From an uncultured Solirubrobacterales bacterium (lineage in GTDB: Bacteria > Actinomycetota > Thermoleophilia > Solirubrobacterales > Solirubrobacteraceae), in assembly GCA_963834625.1 (NCBI GenBank), contig CAWICM010000009.1, forward strand, positions 426,706 through 490,705: a DNA stretch of 64,000 bases. Reading direction: 5' to 3'. Positions within the stretch are counted from its first letter, which is position 1. Each line of letters starts with the position of its first letter. Under the pieces are notes generated by a model. It saw only the letters and a list, made by a program, of their open reading frames with translations. It did no database searches and was not told the origin of the DNA. Position numbers and translations under genes: made by a program. Shown here piece after piece: positions 35,442 through 47,260 of the stretch.

Positions 35442-35465
35442 ACCCAGTTTCTTCCCAAGCGCCTA
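35409..35465. repeat. REP-like palindrome, copy B of the GGGAAGAAAC family
   Basis: GCTTGGGA/TCCCAAGC and CTGGGTC-CATA-GACCCAG nested stems abutting the pepA stop. Confidence 0.65.
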
Positions 35466-36932
35466 CGCGGTTGCCGGCTGAGCCGCCCCGCGCGCCAGGT
35501 CGACCAGGAGCCGAACCCCGAACCCGGTGGCGCCCTTGTGGGCGTAGTAGGGCCGGCGCACGTCGTATGCGGTGCCGGCGATGTCGAGATGCGCCCAGGG
35601 AACCTCGCCGGCGAAGTGGTGCAGGAACTCGCCGGCGGTGAGCGCGGTCGCCTCGCGCTTGGTCGTCGAGTTGATGATCTGGCCGTAGCGGCCCTTGATC
35701 ATGTCGGCGTACTCGTGGTGCAGGGGCAGCCGCCATACGATCTCGCCGGTACGCTGCGCGGCGGCCTGCACGTCGGACGCCCACGCCTCGTCGTTGCTCA
35801 TCAGTCCGGCGTAGGTGGACCCGAGCGCCACCACCACGCCACCGGTCAGCGTGGCCACGTCGACCAGCCGCTCCGCCCCCTCGCGGCGGGCATGGGCCAG
35901 GCAGTCCGCCAGCACCAGCCTGCCTTCCGCGTCGGTGTTGTTCACCTCGATCGTGGTGCCGTCGAGCGCCTTGACGATGTCGCCCGGCTTGACCGCGGTG
36001 CCGCTGGGCAGGTTCTCGGTGGCGCCGACCAGGCCGAGCACCCGCACCGGCGCGCGCAGCTCGGCCAGCGCGCCGATCGCCTCGATCACCGCGGCGCCGC
36101 CGCACATGTCGAACTTCATCTCGTGCATGGTCCCGGCGGGCTTCAGCGAGATCCCGCCCGAGTCGAACGTCACCGCCTTGCCGATCAGCCCGATGAGCGG
36201 GCCCTCGCCGGCGACGGTGCCGTCGTAGTCGAGGCGGATCAGCTGGGCCGACTGGACCGATCCCTGCGCCACCGCCGCGAACGCGCCCATGCCGGCCTCG
36301 CGGATCGCGGTCCCGTCGCGCGCCGCGAAGCCGAGGCCGTGCCGCCCGGCGAGCTCCTCGGCATAGGCGGCCAGAGCCGTCGGCGACAGATGGTTGCTGG
36401 GCGTATTGCCGAGGTCGCGAGCGCGGTTCTGCGCCTGCGCGAGCACGGTCGCGAGGCGCACCGGCTCGGACACGTCATGGTGGGCGCTCACCAACAGGCG
36501 GTCCACCCGGCGTGAGTTCTCGCTGGGCTTGTAGCGCTCGAACCGGTAGTCGTGCAGCAGCGTGCCGTGCACGAGGCCCTCGACGACGTCGTCGCCAACG
36601 TGATGGGGCACCTCCCAGCACAGCGTGGCCGCGCCGATGTCGCGCGCTCGGCCGTGCGCCACCGCGGCCGCCACCCGCGCCCGCTCGCCGTCGAACTTCG
36701 TCCGGTCGCCCAGACCGACTAAGACCGCCCGGACACCGCCCTCGGCATGGGTGACCGCTAGCCGCTTGAACTCGCGGCGCGCCTCACCCGACTCGAGCAG
36801 CGCTCCGAGCGCGCCGCCGGGCAGGTCGTGAGCGACCTCCTCACCCTCGAACACCCCCACGACCACGGTGTCCGCGCCGGTGGCGAGCGGACTGTCGGTC
36901 GTCGCCTCGACGTACACCGGGCGAGCATACAA
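35463..36932 (-). CDS. pepA: Leucyl aminopeptidase (M17)
   Basis: GKAVTFDSGG, MKFDMCG, NNTDAEGRL, ATLTG and HLDIAG. Confidence 0.95.
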   Translation of the reverse strand: MYARPVYVEATTDSPLATGADTVVVGVFEGEEVAHDLPGGALGALLESGEARREFKRLAVTHAEGGVRAVLVGLGDRTKFDGERARVAAAVAHGRARDIGAATLCWEVPHHVGDDVVEGLVHGTLLHDYRFERYKPSENSRRVDRLLVSAHHDVSEPVRLATVLAQAQNRARDLGNTPSNHLSPTALAAYAEELAGRHGLGFAARDGTAIREAGMGAFAAVAQGSVQSAQLIRLDYDGTVAGEGPLIGLIGKAVTFDSGGISLKPAGTMHEMKFDMCGGAAVIEAIGALAELRAPVRVLGLVGATENLPSGTAVKPGDIVKALDGTTIEVNNTDAEGRLVLADCLAHARREGAERLVDVATLTGGVVVALGSTYAGLMSNDEAWASDVQAAAQRTGEIVWRLPLHHEYADMIKGRYGQIINSTTKREATALTAGEFLHHFAGEVPWAHLDIAGTAYDVRRPYYAHKGATGFGVRLLVDLARGAAQPATA

Positions 36933-36984
36933 GTGCCTCTAACATCGGGGTTCTGACCCTGGTTCCCGAGGAGAGAGAGACGAC

Positions 36985-38169
36985 ATGCCCAACACCGTGA
37001 TCCTGTCGGCCGCCCGCACGCCGATCGGTAAGCTCGGAGGCGGGCTGGCCGGCGTCGACGCCACCGAGCTCGGCGGCACCGCGATTCGCGCCGCGCTCGA
37101 GCGCGCCGAGGTCGCTCCCGATCAGATCCAGCACGTCGTGATGGGCCAGGTGCTCCAGGCCGGGCAGGGGCAGATCCCCTCGCGGCAGGCCCAGATCAAG
37201 GGCGGGATCCCCAAGGAGATCTCGTCGGAGACGATCAACAAGGTTTGCGCCTCGGGCATCCGCTCGGCCTGCCTGCTCGACAACGCGATCCGCGTGGGTG
37301 ATCTCGAGGTCGGCCTCGCCGGCGGCATGGAGTCCATGTCGAAGTCGCCCTACCTGCTCAAGGAGGCGCGCTTCGGCTTCCGCATGGGCGACGGCAAGGC
37401 GATCGACGCGATGATCAACGACGGACTGACCAACCCGTTCAGTGGCAAGCACATGGCCGCCGAGGCAAGCGAGGTCGCGGCCGAGCTCGAGTTGACCCGG
37501 CCGGACCTCGACCGGTGGGCGCTGCGCTCGCACCAGCTTGCGGTCAAGGCCACCGACGAGGGCCGCCTGCCCGAGGAGATCGTCCCGGTCACGATCAAGG
37601 GCAAGAAGGGCGACACCGTGGTCGAGATCGACGAGGCGCCGCGGCGCGACGCCAGCCTCGAGAGCCTGGCCAAGCTGCCGCCGATCTTCATGAAGGAAGG
37701 CACTCACACCGCCGGCAACTCGCCGGGCGTCAACGACGGCGCCGGCGCGCTGGTGGTGGCCTCGGATGAGTGGGCCAAGCGCAACGGGAAGACCGCGCTG
37801 GCCCGAATCGTGGCCCACGCCCAGGTGGCCGACGACTTCCCCTATCTGGCCCGCACCCCGGCCAATGCATCAAAGAATGCGCTCGAGAAGGCCGGCCTCA
37901 AGGTCGACGACATCGACCTGTGGGAGATCAACGAGGCGTTCGCGTCGGTGACCCTGAACTCGATCCGGATGCTCGGCATCGACGAGGACAAGGTCAACGT
38001 CAACGGCGGCGCGGTGGCGCTCGGCCACCCGATCGGTGCCTCTGGCGCCCGCATCCTCGGCTCGCTGGTGCTCGAGTTGCGCCGGCGCGGCGGCGGGCTG
38101 GGCTGCGCCGCGATCTGCTCCGGCGGCGGCCAGGGCGACGCGGTGATCGTGGAGGTCAATGGCGGCTGA
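36985..38169 (+). CDS. Acetyl-CoA C-acyltransferase (thiolase)
   Basis: NKVCASG, NEAF, GHPIGASG and CSGGG. Confidence 0.95.
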   Translation: MPNTVILSAARTPIGKLGGGLAGVDATELGGTAIRAALERAEVAPDQIQHVVMGQVLQAGQGQIPSRQAQIKGGIPKEISSETINKVCASGIRSACLLDNAIRVGDLEVGLAGGMESMSKSPYLLKEARFGFRMGDGKAIDAMINDGLTNPFSGKHMAAEASEVAAELELTRPDLDRWALRSHQLAVKATDEGRLPEEIVPVTIKGKKGDTVVEIDEAPRRDASLESLAKLPPIFMKEGTHTAGNSPGVNDGAGALVVASDEWAKRNGKTALARIVAHAQVADDFPYLARTPANASKNALEKAGLKVDDIDLWEINEAFASVTLNSIRMLGIDEDKVNVNGGAVALGHPIGASGARILGSLVLELRRRGGGLGCAAICSGGGQGDAVIVEVNGG

Positions 38170-38959
38170 CAGCGGCACGCCAGCCGCTTTCTTCGACCTC
38201 GATCGAACGCTCATGGAGGGCTCCTCGGCCTTCCAGTTCGGCCGTGCCGCATATCGCGCGGGTTTGCTCAGCCGCCGGCAGCTCATCGCCGACGGCTGGG
38301 CCAACCTGATGTTCCGGCTGCGCGGGGCCAGCGACGAGGCCTCGCACGAGCTGCGTGCCCGCATCTCGCAGTCGCTCGCCGGCACGAGGGTGCGCGACCT
38401 GGAGCGCCTCGGCGCCGACGTGCTGGCCGGCGTCCTACCCCGCATCTATCCCCAGGTCCTGGCCCTGGCTCACGAGCACCAGGACGCGGGACGGCGGGTG
38501 TACATCGTGACCGCCGCCTCGCAGGAGCTGGCCAACACTCTCGCCCACGTGCTCGCCCTCGACGGCGCGGTCGGCTCGCGGTTCTCCGAGGTCGTGGACG
38601 GGGTCTACACCGGCCGGCCCGCCGGGCTGTTCGTGTACGGCAACGAGAAGGCGCTCGCCATCGAGCGCCTCGCCGAACGAGAAGGGCTCGACCTCGCGCA
38701 GTCCTACGCCTACTCGGATTCGGCGTCGGATCTCCCGATGCTGCGCCTGGTCGGTCACCCGGTCGCGGTCAATCCCGACTCCACGCTGGCCAAGGCTGCG
38801 CGGGACGAGCGCTGGGAGGTGCTCCGCTTCGATCGCCTCGGACGTCGGCTGAAGGCGGGGGTGGGGCTGATCGGGGCGGCCGTGGCGGGCGGTGTCGGCT
38901 CGGCCGCCATCGCCTCGCGGGGCCGGCGCCGGCGCGGCCTGGTGGCCAAGGTCCGCTGA
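38159..38959 (+). CDS. HAD-IB family hydrolase (SerB-like)
   Basis: FFDLDRTL, IVTA and YSDSASDLPML. Confidence 0.9.
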   Translation: MAADSGTPAAFFDLDRTLMEGSSAFQFGRAAYRAGLLSRRQLIADGWANLMFRLRGASDEASHELRARISQSLAGTRVRDLERLGADVLAGVLPRIYPQVLALAHEHQDAGRRVYIVTAASQELANTLAHVLALDGAVGSRFSEVVDGVYTGRPAGLFVYGNEKALAIERLAEREGLDLAQSYAYSDSASDLPMLRLVGHPVAVNPDSTLAKAARDERWEVLRFDRLGRRLKAGVGLIGAAVAGGVGSAAIASRGRRRRGLVAKVR

Positions 38960-38979
38960 AACGGACTTAGACTCTGGAT

Positions 38980-40638
<1,659 letters not shown>

Positions 40639-40710
40639 GTTCGCTCGATGGCGCCCGCGGCCGGGGCGACGCGAGCTGAACCCAGATCCATAAAATCCCC
40701 GCCCCCTCCG

Positions 40711-41118
40711 ATGCCCGCCGCCACCGAGAAGAAGATCCGCGTCGTGGTCGCCAAGCCCGGCCTGGACGGGCACGACCGCGGGGCCAAGATCATCGCCCGT
40801 GCCCTGCGCGACGCCGGCATGGAGGTGATCTACACGGGCCTTCACCAGACGCCCGAGCAGATTGTCGAGACCGTGATCCAGGAGGACGCCGACGCCGTCG
40901 GCCTGTCGATCCTGTCCGGCGCGCACATGACGCTCGTGCCCCGCGTGATGGAGTTGCTCAAGGAGCAGGGCGCCGACGATGTGGTGGTCACGCTCGGGGG
41001 CACGATCCCCTCGGATGACGTCAAGGAGCTCAAGCAGCTCGGAGTCGCCGAGGTGTTCACGCCGGGGGCGTCGACGCAGGAAGCGGTCGACTTCATCCGC
41101 GGCGCGGTCCGAGCGTGA
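40711..41118 (+). CDS. icmB: Cobalamin-binding small subunit of the acyl-CoA mutase
   Basis: [21 protein letters not shown] and FTPG. Confidence 0.85.
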   Translation: MPAATEKKIRVVVAKPGLDGHDRGAKIIARALRDAGMEVIYTGLHQTPEQIVETVIQEDADAVGLSILSGAHMTLVPRVMELLKEQGADDVVVTLGGTIPSDDVKELKQLGVAEVFTPGASTQEAVDFIRGAVRA

Positions 41119-41170
41119 GCTTCCTCACACGGCGCTGCAGGGCCGAACTTACTCCCGGGTAGCGGGCCGA

Positions 41171-41186
41171 TTGACTCGTCAGTCAA
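41171..41186. promoter_or_regulatory. Palindromic operator candidate upstream of etfBA
   Basis: TTGACT-CGTC-AGTCAA; the left arm is also a -35-like hexamer, and TAATAT lies at 41192-41197. Confidence 0.55.
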
Positions 41187-41230
41187 CCGGGTAATATGCG
41201 ACACCGTCTTGAACTGCTAGGAGGCCTCAC

Positions 41231-42022
41231 TTGAAGATTTGCGTCCTCGTCAAAGAGGTTCCGGACGCCGCCGTCGAGAAGCGGATCGATGCCTCGACGG
41301 GCCGCCTGGACCGCTCAGGCGAGAAGAACCTCAACCCGTATGACACGCACGCCATCGAGGCGGCCATGCAGATCCGCGAGGGCGGCACCGTCGAAGTCGA
41401 CGAGATCATCGCGGTGACCATGGGCCCCGACTCGGCCCAGCGTGCCCTGCACAAGGCGGTCTCGCTGGGAGCCGATCGGTCGGTGCACCTGTCAGACGAT
41501 GCGCTGGCCGGCTCCGACGTGGCGTCCACCGGCTACGCGCTGGCCAAGGCGGTCGAGAAGGAGCAGCCGGACCTGGTCCTGCTCGGCCAGCAGTCCGACG
41601 ACGGCGAGTGCTACACGATCGGCGCGGTGGTGGCCGACCACCTGAAGATGCCCTCGCTCACCCAGGTGATCAAGATGGACGTCGAGGAGGGCGCGCTCCG
41701 CTGCGAGCGCCAGGCCGAGTACGGATACGACACCGTCCAGGTCAAGCTGCCCGCGGTCATCTCGGTCGGCGACGCGATCAACGAGCCGCGCTACCCGTCG
41801 CTCAAGGCGATCATGGGGGCGCGCAAGAAGCCGCTCGAGAAGGTGGGCATGGGCGACGTCGGAATCGACGCCTCGCTGGTCGGCGAGGAGGGCTCCCGCG
41901 TCCAGTGCGGCGACTTCCACGCCCCCGAGGCCAAGCCCCCGGGCAAGATCATCGAGGACGAGGACACGAACGAGACCGTCGAGCAGATCGTGGCTTGGCT
42001 GGCGGAAAGGAAGCTGATCTGA
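41231..42022 (+). CDS. etfB: Electron transfer flavoprotein beta subunit
   Basis: CVLVKEVPD, LNPYDTHAIE, GQQSDD and NEPRYPS. Confidence 0.95.
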   Translation: MKICVLVKEVPDAAVEKRIDASTGRLDRSGEKNLNPYDTHAIEAAMQIREGGTVEVDEIIAVTMGPDSAQRALHKAVSLGADRSVHLSDDALAGSDVASTGYALAKAVEKEQPDLVLLGQQSDDGECYTIGAVVADHLKMPSLTQVIKMDVEEGALRCERQAEYGYDTVQVKLPAVISVGDAINEPRYPSLKAIMGARKKPLEKVGMGDVGIDASLVGEEGSRVQCGDFHAPEAKPPGKIIEDEDTNETVEQIVAWLAERKLI

Positions 42023-42023
42023 C

Positions 42024-43007
42024 ATGCCCGACGTCCTGACATACGTCCTTCATTACGAGGGCGAGTTCAACAAGAACTCGCTGGGAGCTGTTTCCGAGGG
42101 CGCGGCGCGGGCCAAAGAGATCGGCGGCGAGTGCCACGCGGTCGTGGTCGGCGGGGACGACCTGACCGACGAGTTGTGCCAGTCGCTGGGCGCGTCCGGC
42201 GCCACGAAGGTGTTCCGGGCGAAGGGTCCGGAAGGTCTCGCCCAGCCCGTCATCGACGCGATGGCCAAAGTGATCGATGAGCACGGTCACTCCTACGCGC
42301 TGTTCGGCGGCGGTCTGCTCGGGTTCGAGATCGGCGCCGGCCTGGCCGCGCGCAAGCACGCCGGGGTCACCATGGAGGTGATCGCGGTCCGGGCCGAAGA
42401 CGGCAAGCTGGTCGCCGAGCGTCCGATCCTCCAGGACTCGCAGATCTCGGTCTCCCGGTACCAGGGCGATCTGGGGATCATCATCGGGCGGATCAACGCG
42501 TTCGAGATCGTCAGCCAGGACGGCGCCTCGGCCGAGGTGGTCGACGTCGACGTCGAGTACTCGCCGTGGTCGACCCAGGCCGAGATGGTCCAGCGCGGCG
42601 AGCAGCGCGGCGCGGACGTCGACATCGAGGGCGCCGACATCCTCGTGGCCGGGGGCCGCGGTCTGGGCAAGCCCGAGGGCTTCCAGCTGGCGGAGGACCT
42701 CGCCGCGGCGTTCGGCGGAAACAGCGCGGTGGCGGCGACCCGAGCGGTGGTCGACGCAGGCTGGTACCCGTACGCGGCTCAGATCGGGCAGACCGGCAAG
42801 ACCGTGTCGCCCAAGCTGTACCTGGCGGCCGGCATCTCGGGCGCGATCCAGCACAAGGTCGGGATGCAGTCCTCGGAGAACATCGTGGCGATCAACAAGG
42901 ACGCCAACGCGCCGATCTTCGAGTTCTCCGATCTGGGGGTCGTGGGTGACCTGAACAAGATCCTGCCCAAGCTGACCGAGGCGATCAAGGCGAAGCGGGG
43001 AGGCTGA
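42024..43007 (+). CDS. etfA: Electron transfer flavoprotein alpha subunit
   Basis: [30 protein letters not shown] and AINKD. Confidence 0.95.
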   Translation: MPDVLTYVLHYEGEFNKNSLGAVSEGAARAKEIGGECHAVVVGGDDLTDELCQSLGASGATKVFRAKGPEGLAQPVIDAMAKVIDEHGHSYALFGGGLLGFEIGAGLAARKHAGVTMEVIAVRAEDGKLVAERPILQDSQISVSRYQGDLGIIIGRINAFEIVSQDGASAEVVDVDVEYSPWSTQAEMVQRGEQRGADVDIEGADILVAGGRGLGKPEGFQLAEDLAAAFGGNSAVAATRAVVDAGWYPYAAQIGQTGKTVSPKLYLAAGISGAIQHKVGMQSSENIVAINKDANAPIFEFSDLGVVGDLNKILPKLTEAIKAKRGG

Positions 43008-43011
43008 TCGC

Positions 43012-44727
43012 TTGGCTTCCAGGAACGGCCGGGCGGCTGTCGCGCCGAGCGAGTTCCCGCCCCCCGTCGACTCGGTGGGCGAGTTCGTCAAGCGCGAGCT
43101 CGACCCCGAGGAGGACCGGATCGACGTCGGCGTGGTGATCGTCGGCGGCGGGCCAGCCGGCCTGGCGTGCGCTAACCGGCTGCTCCAGCTGCTCGCCGAC
43201 GACCCCGACCTGATGGAGCGCCTGGGCGAGGTCCCGGTCGCCGTGATCGAGAAGGGCAAGGCGTGCGGCGCGCACAACCTGAGCGGCGCGATGATGCGGC
43301 CGTCCGGGCTGAAGGAGCTGTTCCCCGACGTCCCCGAGTCCGAGTGGCCCACGCACGGCACCGTCGAAAAGGACAGCGTCTACTGGATGCTCTCCGAGAA
43401 CGCCAAGCTGCCACTCAAGCCCACCCCGCCGCCGTTTCGCAATCACGGCAACCACATGGTCAGCGTGGCCGAGCTGTCGCGCTGGCTGGCGGCCCGGGCC
43501 GAGGAGGCCGGCGCCTACATCCTGACCGAGACCGCGGCCAGCCAGCTTCTGGTCACCGACGGAGTCGTGCGCGGGATCCGCTCGGGTGACAAGGGACGTG
43601 GCAAGGACGGCGAGGAACTCGGGAACTTCGAGCCCGGCTCGGACGTGACCGCGAAGGCGACCGTGCTCGCCGAGGGCACCTGGGGCCACCTGACCGGCGC
43701 GGCCATCCGCGAGTTCAAGCTCGCCGAGGGCCGCGAGCCGCAGGTGTGGGCGCTCGGCGTCAAGGAGGTCTGGCAGGTCGAGAAGCCGCTCGATCGGGTG
43801 ATCCACACGCTGGGCTGGCCGCTTCGCTACGGCGCCAAGTGGCACGAGTTCGGCGGCTCGTGGATCTATCCGATGGGCTCGGACCGGGTCTCGATCGGGT
43901 TCGTGGTCGGCCTCGACTACACGGACGCCACCGTCTCGCCCCACGATCTGCTCCAGCAGTTCAAGACCTCGAAGCTGGTGCGAGGGATCCTCGAGGGCGG
44001 CAAACGGGTGGCCTGGGGGGCCAAGGCGATTCCCGAGGGCGGCTACTGGGCGATGCCCAAGCCGTCGGCGCCCGGCATGGTGATCTGCGGCGACAGCGCC
44101 GGCATGGTCAACGTGCCGATCCTCAAGGGGATCCACTACGCGATCCACGCGGGGATCTACGCGGCCGAGACGATCTACAAGGCGTTGAAGGCCGGCGGGA
44201 CGGACCTGTCCGGGTACGACCAGCGCGTCGAGGATTCGCTGATCGGCAAGGAGCTCTACCAGTCGCGCAACATGAAGCAGCCGTTCGCGCGGGGGTTCTT
44301 CGTCGGCGGCGCGATCACCAACGCGATGGTCGTGTCGAAAGGCCGATTCCCGGGCGGCCGCTGGGCCAACCATCGGGACGCGGACTCGGCGATGACCGTC
44401 GACGGCGCCCGCGATAGCTATCCCAAGCCCGATGGCAAGTACATCTTCGACAAGCTCTCCTCGGTGTACGTGTCGGGCAACGCGACGCGCGACGACGCCC
44501 CGAACCACATCCGCGTGCGCAAGAACGTGCCGCGCGAGATCGCCGAGACCTGGCGCTGGATGTGCCCGGCGGGCGTGTACGAGATCCCCGACGACGCGCC
44601 CGAGTCCGGACCCGTCGACGTGATCGTCAACTACACCAACTGCGTGCAGTGCGGGGCGATCACCGCCAAGGGCGGGCGGCTGACGCCGCCCGAGGGCGGC
44701 GACGGACCGCTTTACACGGTCACCTGA
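43012..44727 (+). CDS. ETF:quinone oxidoreductase (FixC/FixX-like, with C-terminal Fe-S domain)
   Basis: GGGPAG, LSGA, GDSAG, KGIH, CPAGVY, CVQC and PEGG.GP.Y. Confidence 0.92.
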   Translation: MASRNGRAAVAPSEFPPPVDSVGEFVKRELDPEEDRIDVGVVIVGGGPAGLACANRLLQLLADDPDLMERLGEVPVAVIEKGKACGAHNLSGAMMRPSGLKELFPDVPESEWPTHGTVEKDSVYWMLSENAKLPLKPTPPPFRNHGNHMVSVAELSRWLAARAEEAGAYILTETAASQLLVTDGVVRGIRSGDKGRGKDGEELGNFEPGSDVTAKATVLAEGTWGHLTGAAIREFKLAEGREPQVWALGVKEVWQVEKPLDRVIHTLGWPLRYGAKWHEFGGSWIYPMGSDRVSIGFVVGLDYTDATVSPHDLLQQFKTSKLVRGILEGGKRVAWGAKAIPEGGYWAMPKPSAPGMVICGDSAGMVNVPILKGIHYAIHAGIYAAETIYKALKAGGTDLSGYDQRVEDSLIGKELYQSRNMKQPFARGFFVGGAITNAMVVSKGRFPGGRWANHRDADSAMTVDGARDSYPKPDGKYIFDKLSSVYVSGNATRDDAPNHIRVRKNVPREIAETWRWMCPAGVYEIPDDAPESGPVDVIVNYTNCVQCGAITAKGGRLTPPEGGDGPLYTVT

Positions 44728-44733
44728 CCTCGT

Positions 44734-45540
44734 TCACATCCCTGCGTCGCGTGCGTCGGTGACGAGTACCCGGCCGGAGGCGTCGAGCGTCTGGAGCTGG
44801 AACCAGGCGAACGGGGCCGGTCGGTTGCAACTGCGTCCCTGGCAGTACGGGATCACGATCGCGAAGTAGCGCCCGTCTCCGATCGGGGCCGTCACGCCGC
44901 TGATCCGGTCGCGGACCTCGACGGGATGGCCGGTCGTTGGTGCGTAGCCGTACACGAGGCGCCATAGCCGGTGGCGGGGAGCGGGAACGTAGGTCGGGTA
45001 GTAGTCGAATCCGTGTACGTCCTGCAGTTCCATGGCTCCGCAGCCCGGGACCGGCCCGCCGATCTGGTACTTGTCGTTCGCGAGGGCGGCCCAGGTTCCG
45101 TCCGGCTGACGGATCGCGTCGCACAGCCAGCCCTTGGGCCGGCTGAGCGCGATCCAGTACTGGAACCGGCCCACGCCGGGCACCCTGAACGTGGTGGCGC
45201 GACGCACCGTGCTCGGGATCACGGTCTGGCCGGTCCCGCCGAAGTGACCCGGGCGCCGGGAGAACTGCCCCTGGGGGTCCGCCTCGAACAGCGCCTTCGG
45301 GCCGTCATGCGAGAGCAACTGGACGGCGCCGACCGTGCCTCCCGCCCCACACAGCACGACGGCGGCGGCGAGCAAGGCCAGCCCGCGAGTACCGATCCGA
45401 CGCCGGCGGCGGGGGCGCGCTACGAGACGCGGGTCGCCGGGGCTCGCGATGATCCGGGCGAAAAGCTCGTCATCGGCGATCGGCGTCGTCGGCGCCGGAT
45501 TGGCCGCGCGAACGCGCTCGATCAGGCGGTCGGTGCTCAT
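44734..45540 (-). CDS. Putative membrane-anchored anti-sigma factor
   Basis: Overlaps the stop of the ECF sigma gene; N-terminal L.AANP segment, one TM helix after a basic stretch, and an extracytoplasmic domain. Confidence 0.6.
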   Translation of the reverse strand: MSTDRLIERVRAANPAPTTPIADDELFARIIASPGDPRLVARPRRRRRIGTRGLALLAAAVVLCGAGGTVGAVQLLSHDGPKALFEADPQGQFSRRPGHFGGTGQTVIPSTVRRATTFRVPGVGRFQYWIALSRPKGWLCDAIRQPDGTWAALANDKYQIGGPVPGCGAMELQDVHGFDYYPTYVPAPRHRLWRLVYGYAPTTGHPVEVRDRISGVTAPIGDGRYFAIVIPYCQGRSCNRPAPFAWFQLQTLDASGRVLVTDARDAGM

Positions 45541-46079
45541 AGCTGCTCCAGACTGGGTTCGCAGTTCTCGGGTTGCCGGCGAGTCGTGGCGGGTCCGAGC
45601 TCGTATAGGAGCCGGCGCCGGGCGCGGTGCAGGCGGACGCGGAAGGCCGACGGTGAGATGCCCAAACTGGCTGCCGCGGCGCTCGGCGTGAGGTCCTCCC
45701 AGGCCACGAGCAGCAGCGCCTCGCGGTCGGTCTCGGAGAGAGTCCCGAGCGCGACCTCGAGTTCGGGATCCAATTCGAGGGTCGGATGCTCTGGTGCCGC
45801 CGCGGGCTCGATGCCCTCCTGCAGATCGCGCAGCGCCGGCCCGTGGCGCCGCCAGTCGGCGAGCACGAGGTTTCGTGCCGTCGCGATCAGCCACGGACGC
45901 GGATCGTCCCGGGGCACGTCGGCGAGCCGCCGCCAGGCGATCGCCATCGCCTCGGCGGCGACCGCGTCGGGGTCGCGAGCTCCTCGGCGGCGGGCGTACG
46001 CGGTGAGCACGCCGAGGTGAGCGAAGACCTCGGCGAACCGCGCCTCGACGGCCGCTCTGTCGTAGTGTTCAGTGCCCAT
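45537..46079 (-). CDS. ECF-type RNA polymerase sigma factor
   Basis: AWRR, PWLIATARN, DREALLLVAWEDL and FRVRLHRAR. Confidence 0.92.
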   Translation of the reverse strand: MGTEHYDRAAVEARFAEVFAHLGVLTAYARRRGARDPDAVAAEAMAIAWRRLADVPRDDPRPWLIATARNLVLADWRRHGPALRDLQEGIEPAAAPEHPTLELDPELEVALGTLSETDREALLLVAWEDLTPSAAAASLGISPSAFRVRLHRARRRLLYELGPATTRRQPENCEPSLEQL

Positions 46080-46165
46080 ATCCGCAACTGTCCGCTGCGC
46101 CCGAAAGCGTTACAGCCCGAGGAGCGCGCGGAACTTTTCGGGGCATGGATTGTTGGTATTTGGGC

Positions 46166-46954
46166 ATGTCTCGCCTGGGATTCGCTCTATCCGTCATTGC
46201 CGCCGGCCTGGCCGCGGCGGTCATCGGCTCGGCCCCGGCGTCCGGCGCCAGCGCGCCGGCGCCGCGAGACCAGCTGCGCTCGTTCGTCTGCCAGAAGGCA
46301 CTCGACCCACCGGCGCGGGCCGTGTCGGTCCAGGCCGTGATGCGGCCGGTGAGCGGAACGGCGAAGATGCAGATGCGCTTTGAGCTGATGCGCCAGACCA
46401 GAGTGGGAGGTCCGTTCAAGCAGGTGCGCGGCCGGCTGCTCGGGAGCTGGATAACCCCCCAGAACCCGACACTGGGCCAGCGGTCCGCTGACGTGTGGAT
46501 CGTCAACCATCCGGTCGTAGATCTCGCTGCGCCGGCCACCTACCGCTTCCGGGTCGCCTTTCGGTGGTCCGACGCCAAGGGCGCGGTGCTCAGCACCGCC
46601 GTGCAGTCGAGCCCCAACTGCTGGGAGCCCGAGTTACGGGCCGACCTGGTCGTGCGTTCGTTGACGGTCACGCCGTTAGCCTCGGGCAACGATGCCTATG
46701 TTGCGGCGGTCGGCAATCGGGGGCAGACGGCGGCCGGTCCGGTCGAGGTCGATCTGGCCGGAGCGGGGGCGACTCAGACCGGATCGGTGGCGTCAGTCGC
46801 GGCACGCTCCTCGACCCACCACCGGTTCGTGGCCCCGGCCTGCACGCCCGGCGCGACCCTGACCGTCACCGTCGATCCGTCGCACACGATCGACGAGTCG
46901 AGCTTCGCCAACAACGTGCTGAGCATGCCCTGTCCGGCCGCGAGCTCCAGCTAG
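46166..46954 (+). CDS. Secreted protein with a C-terminal CARDB/Ig-like domain
   Basis: Signal peptide, ADLVV..L, V.N.G and VDP...IDES..ANN. Confidence 0.8.
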   Translation: MSRLGFALSVIAAGLAAAVIGSAPASGASAPAPRDQLRSFVCQKALDPPARAVSVQAVMRPVSGTAKMQMRFELMRQTRVGGPFKQVRGRLLGSWITPQNPTLGQRSADVWIVNHPVVDLAAPATYRFRVAFRWSDAKGAVLSTAVQSSPNCWEPELRADLVVRSLTVTPLASGNDAYVAAVGNRGQTAAGPVEVDLAGAGATQTGSVASVAARSSTHHRFVAPACTPGATLTVTVDPSHTIDESSFANNVLSMPCPAASSS

Positions 46955-47014
46955 CGCTGGACCCCCTCGAGCCCTCCCAGCGCTCAAGCTCCGGACGCTA
47001 CACTCGATAACACT

Positions 47015-47245
47015 ATGAAGACCGGTGTACATCCTGAATACGTCGAGGCTCACGTCCGCTGCACCTGCGGCAACGAGTTCACGACCCGCTCGACCAAGCC
47101 CGAAATCCACGTTGAGATCTGCTCCGCCTGCCACCCCTTCTACACCGGCCGGCAGAAGCTGGTCGACACGGGAGGCCGAGTCGAGCGCTTCCAGCGGCGA
47201 GTGGCCAAGGGCCGGCGCGCCGCTCGCGCCACGACGGGCACTTAG
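47015..47245 (+). CDS. rpmE: 50S ribosomal protein L31 (Zn-binding form)
   Basis: [22 protein letters not shown] and GGRVERF. Confidence 0.97.
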   Translation: MKTGVHPEYVEAHVRCTCGNEFTTRSTKPEIHVEICSACHPFYTGRQKLVDTGGRVERFQRRVAKGRRAARATTGT

Positions 47246-47260
47246 TCCGGAGCGGAGACG

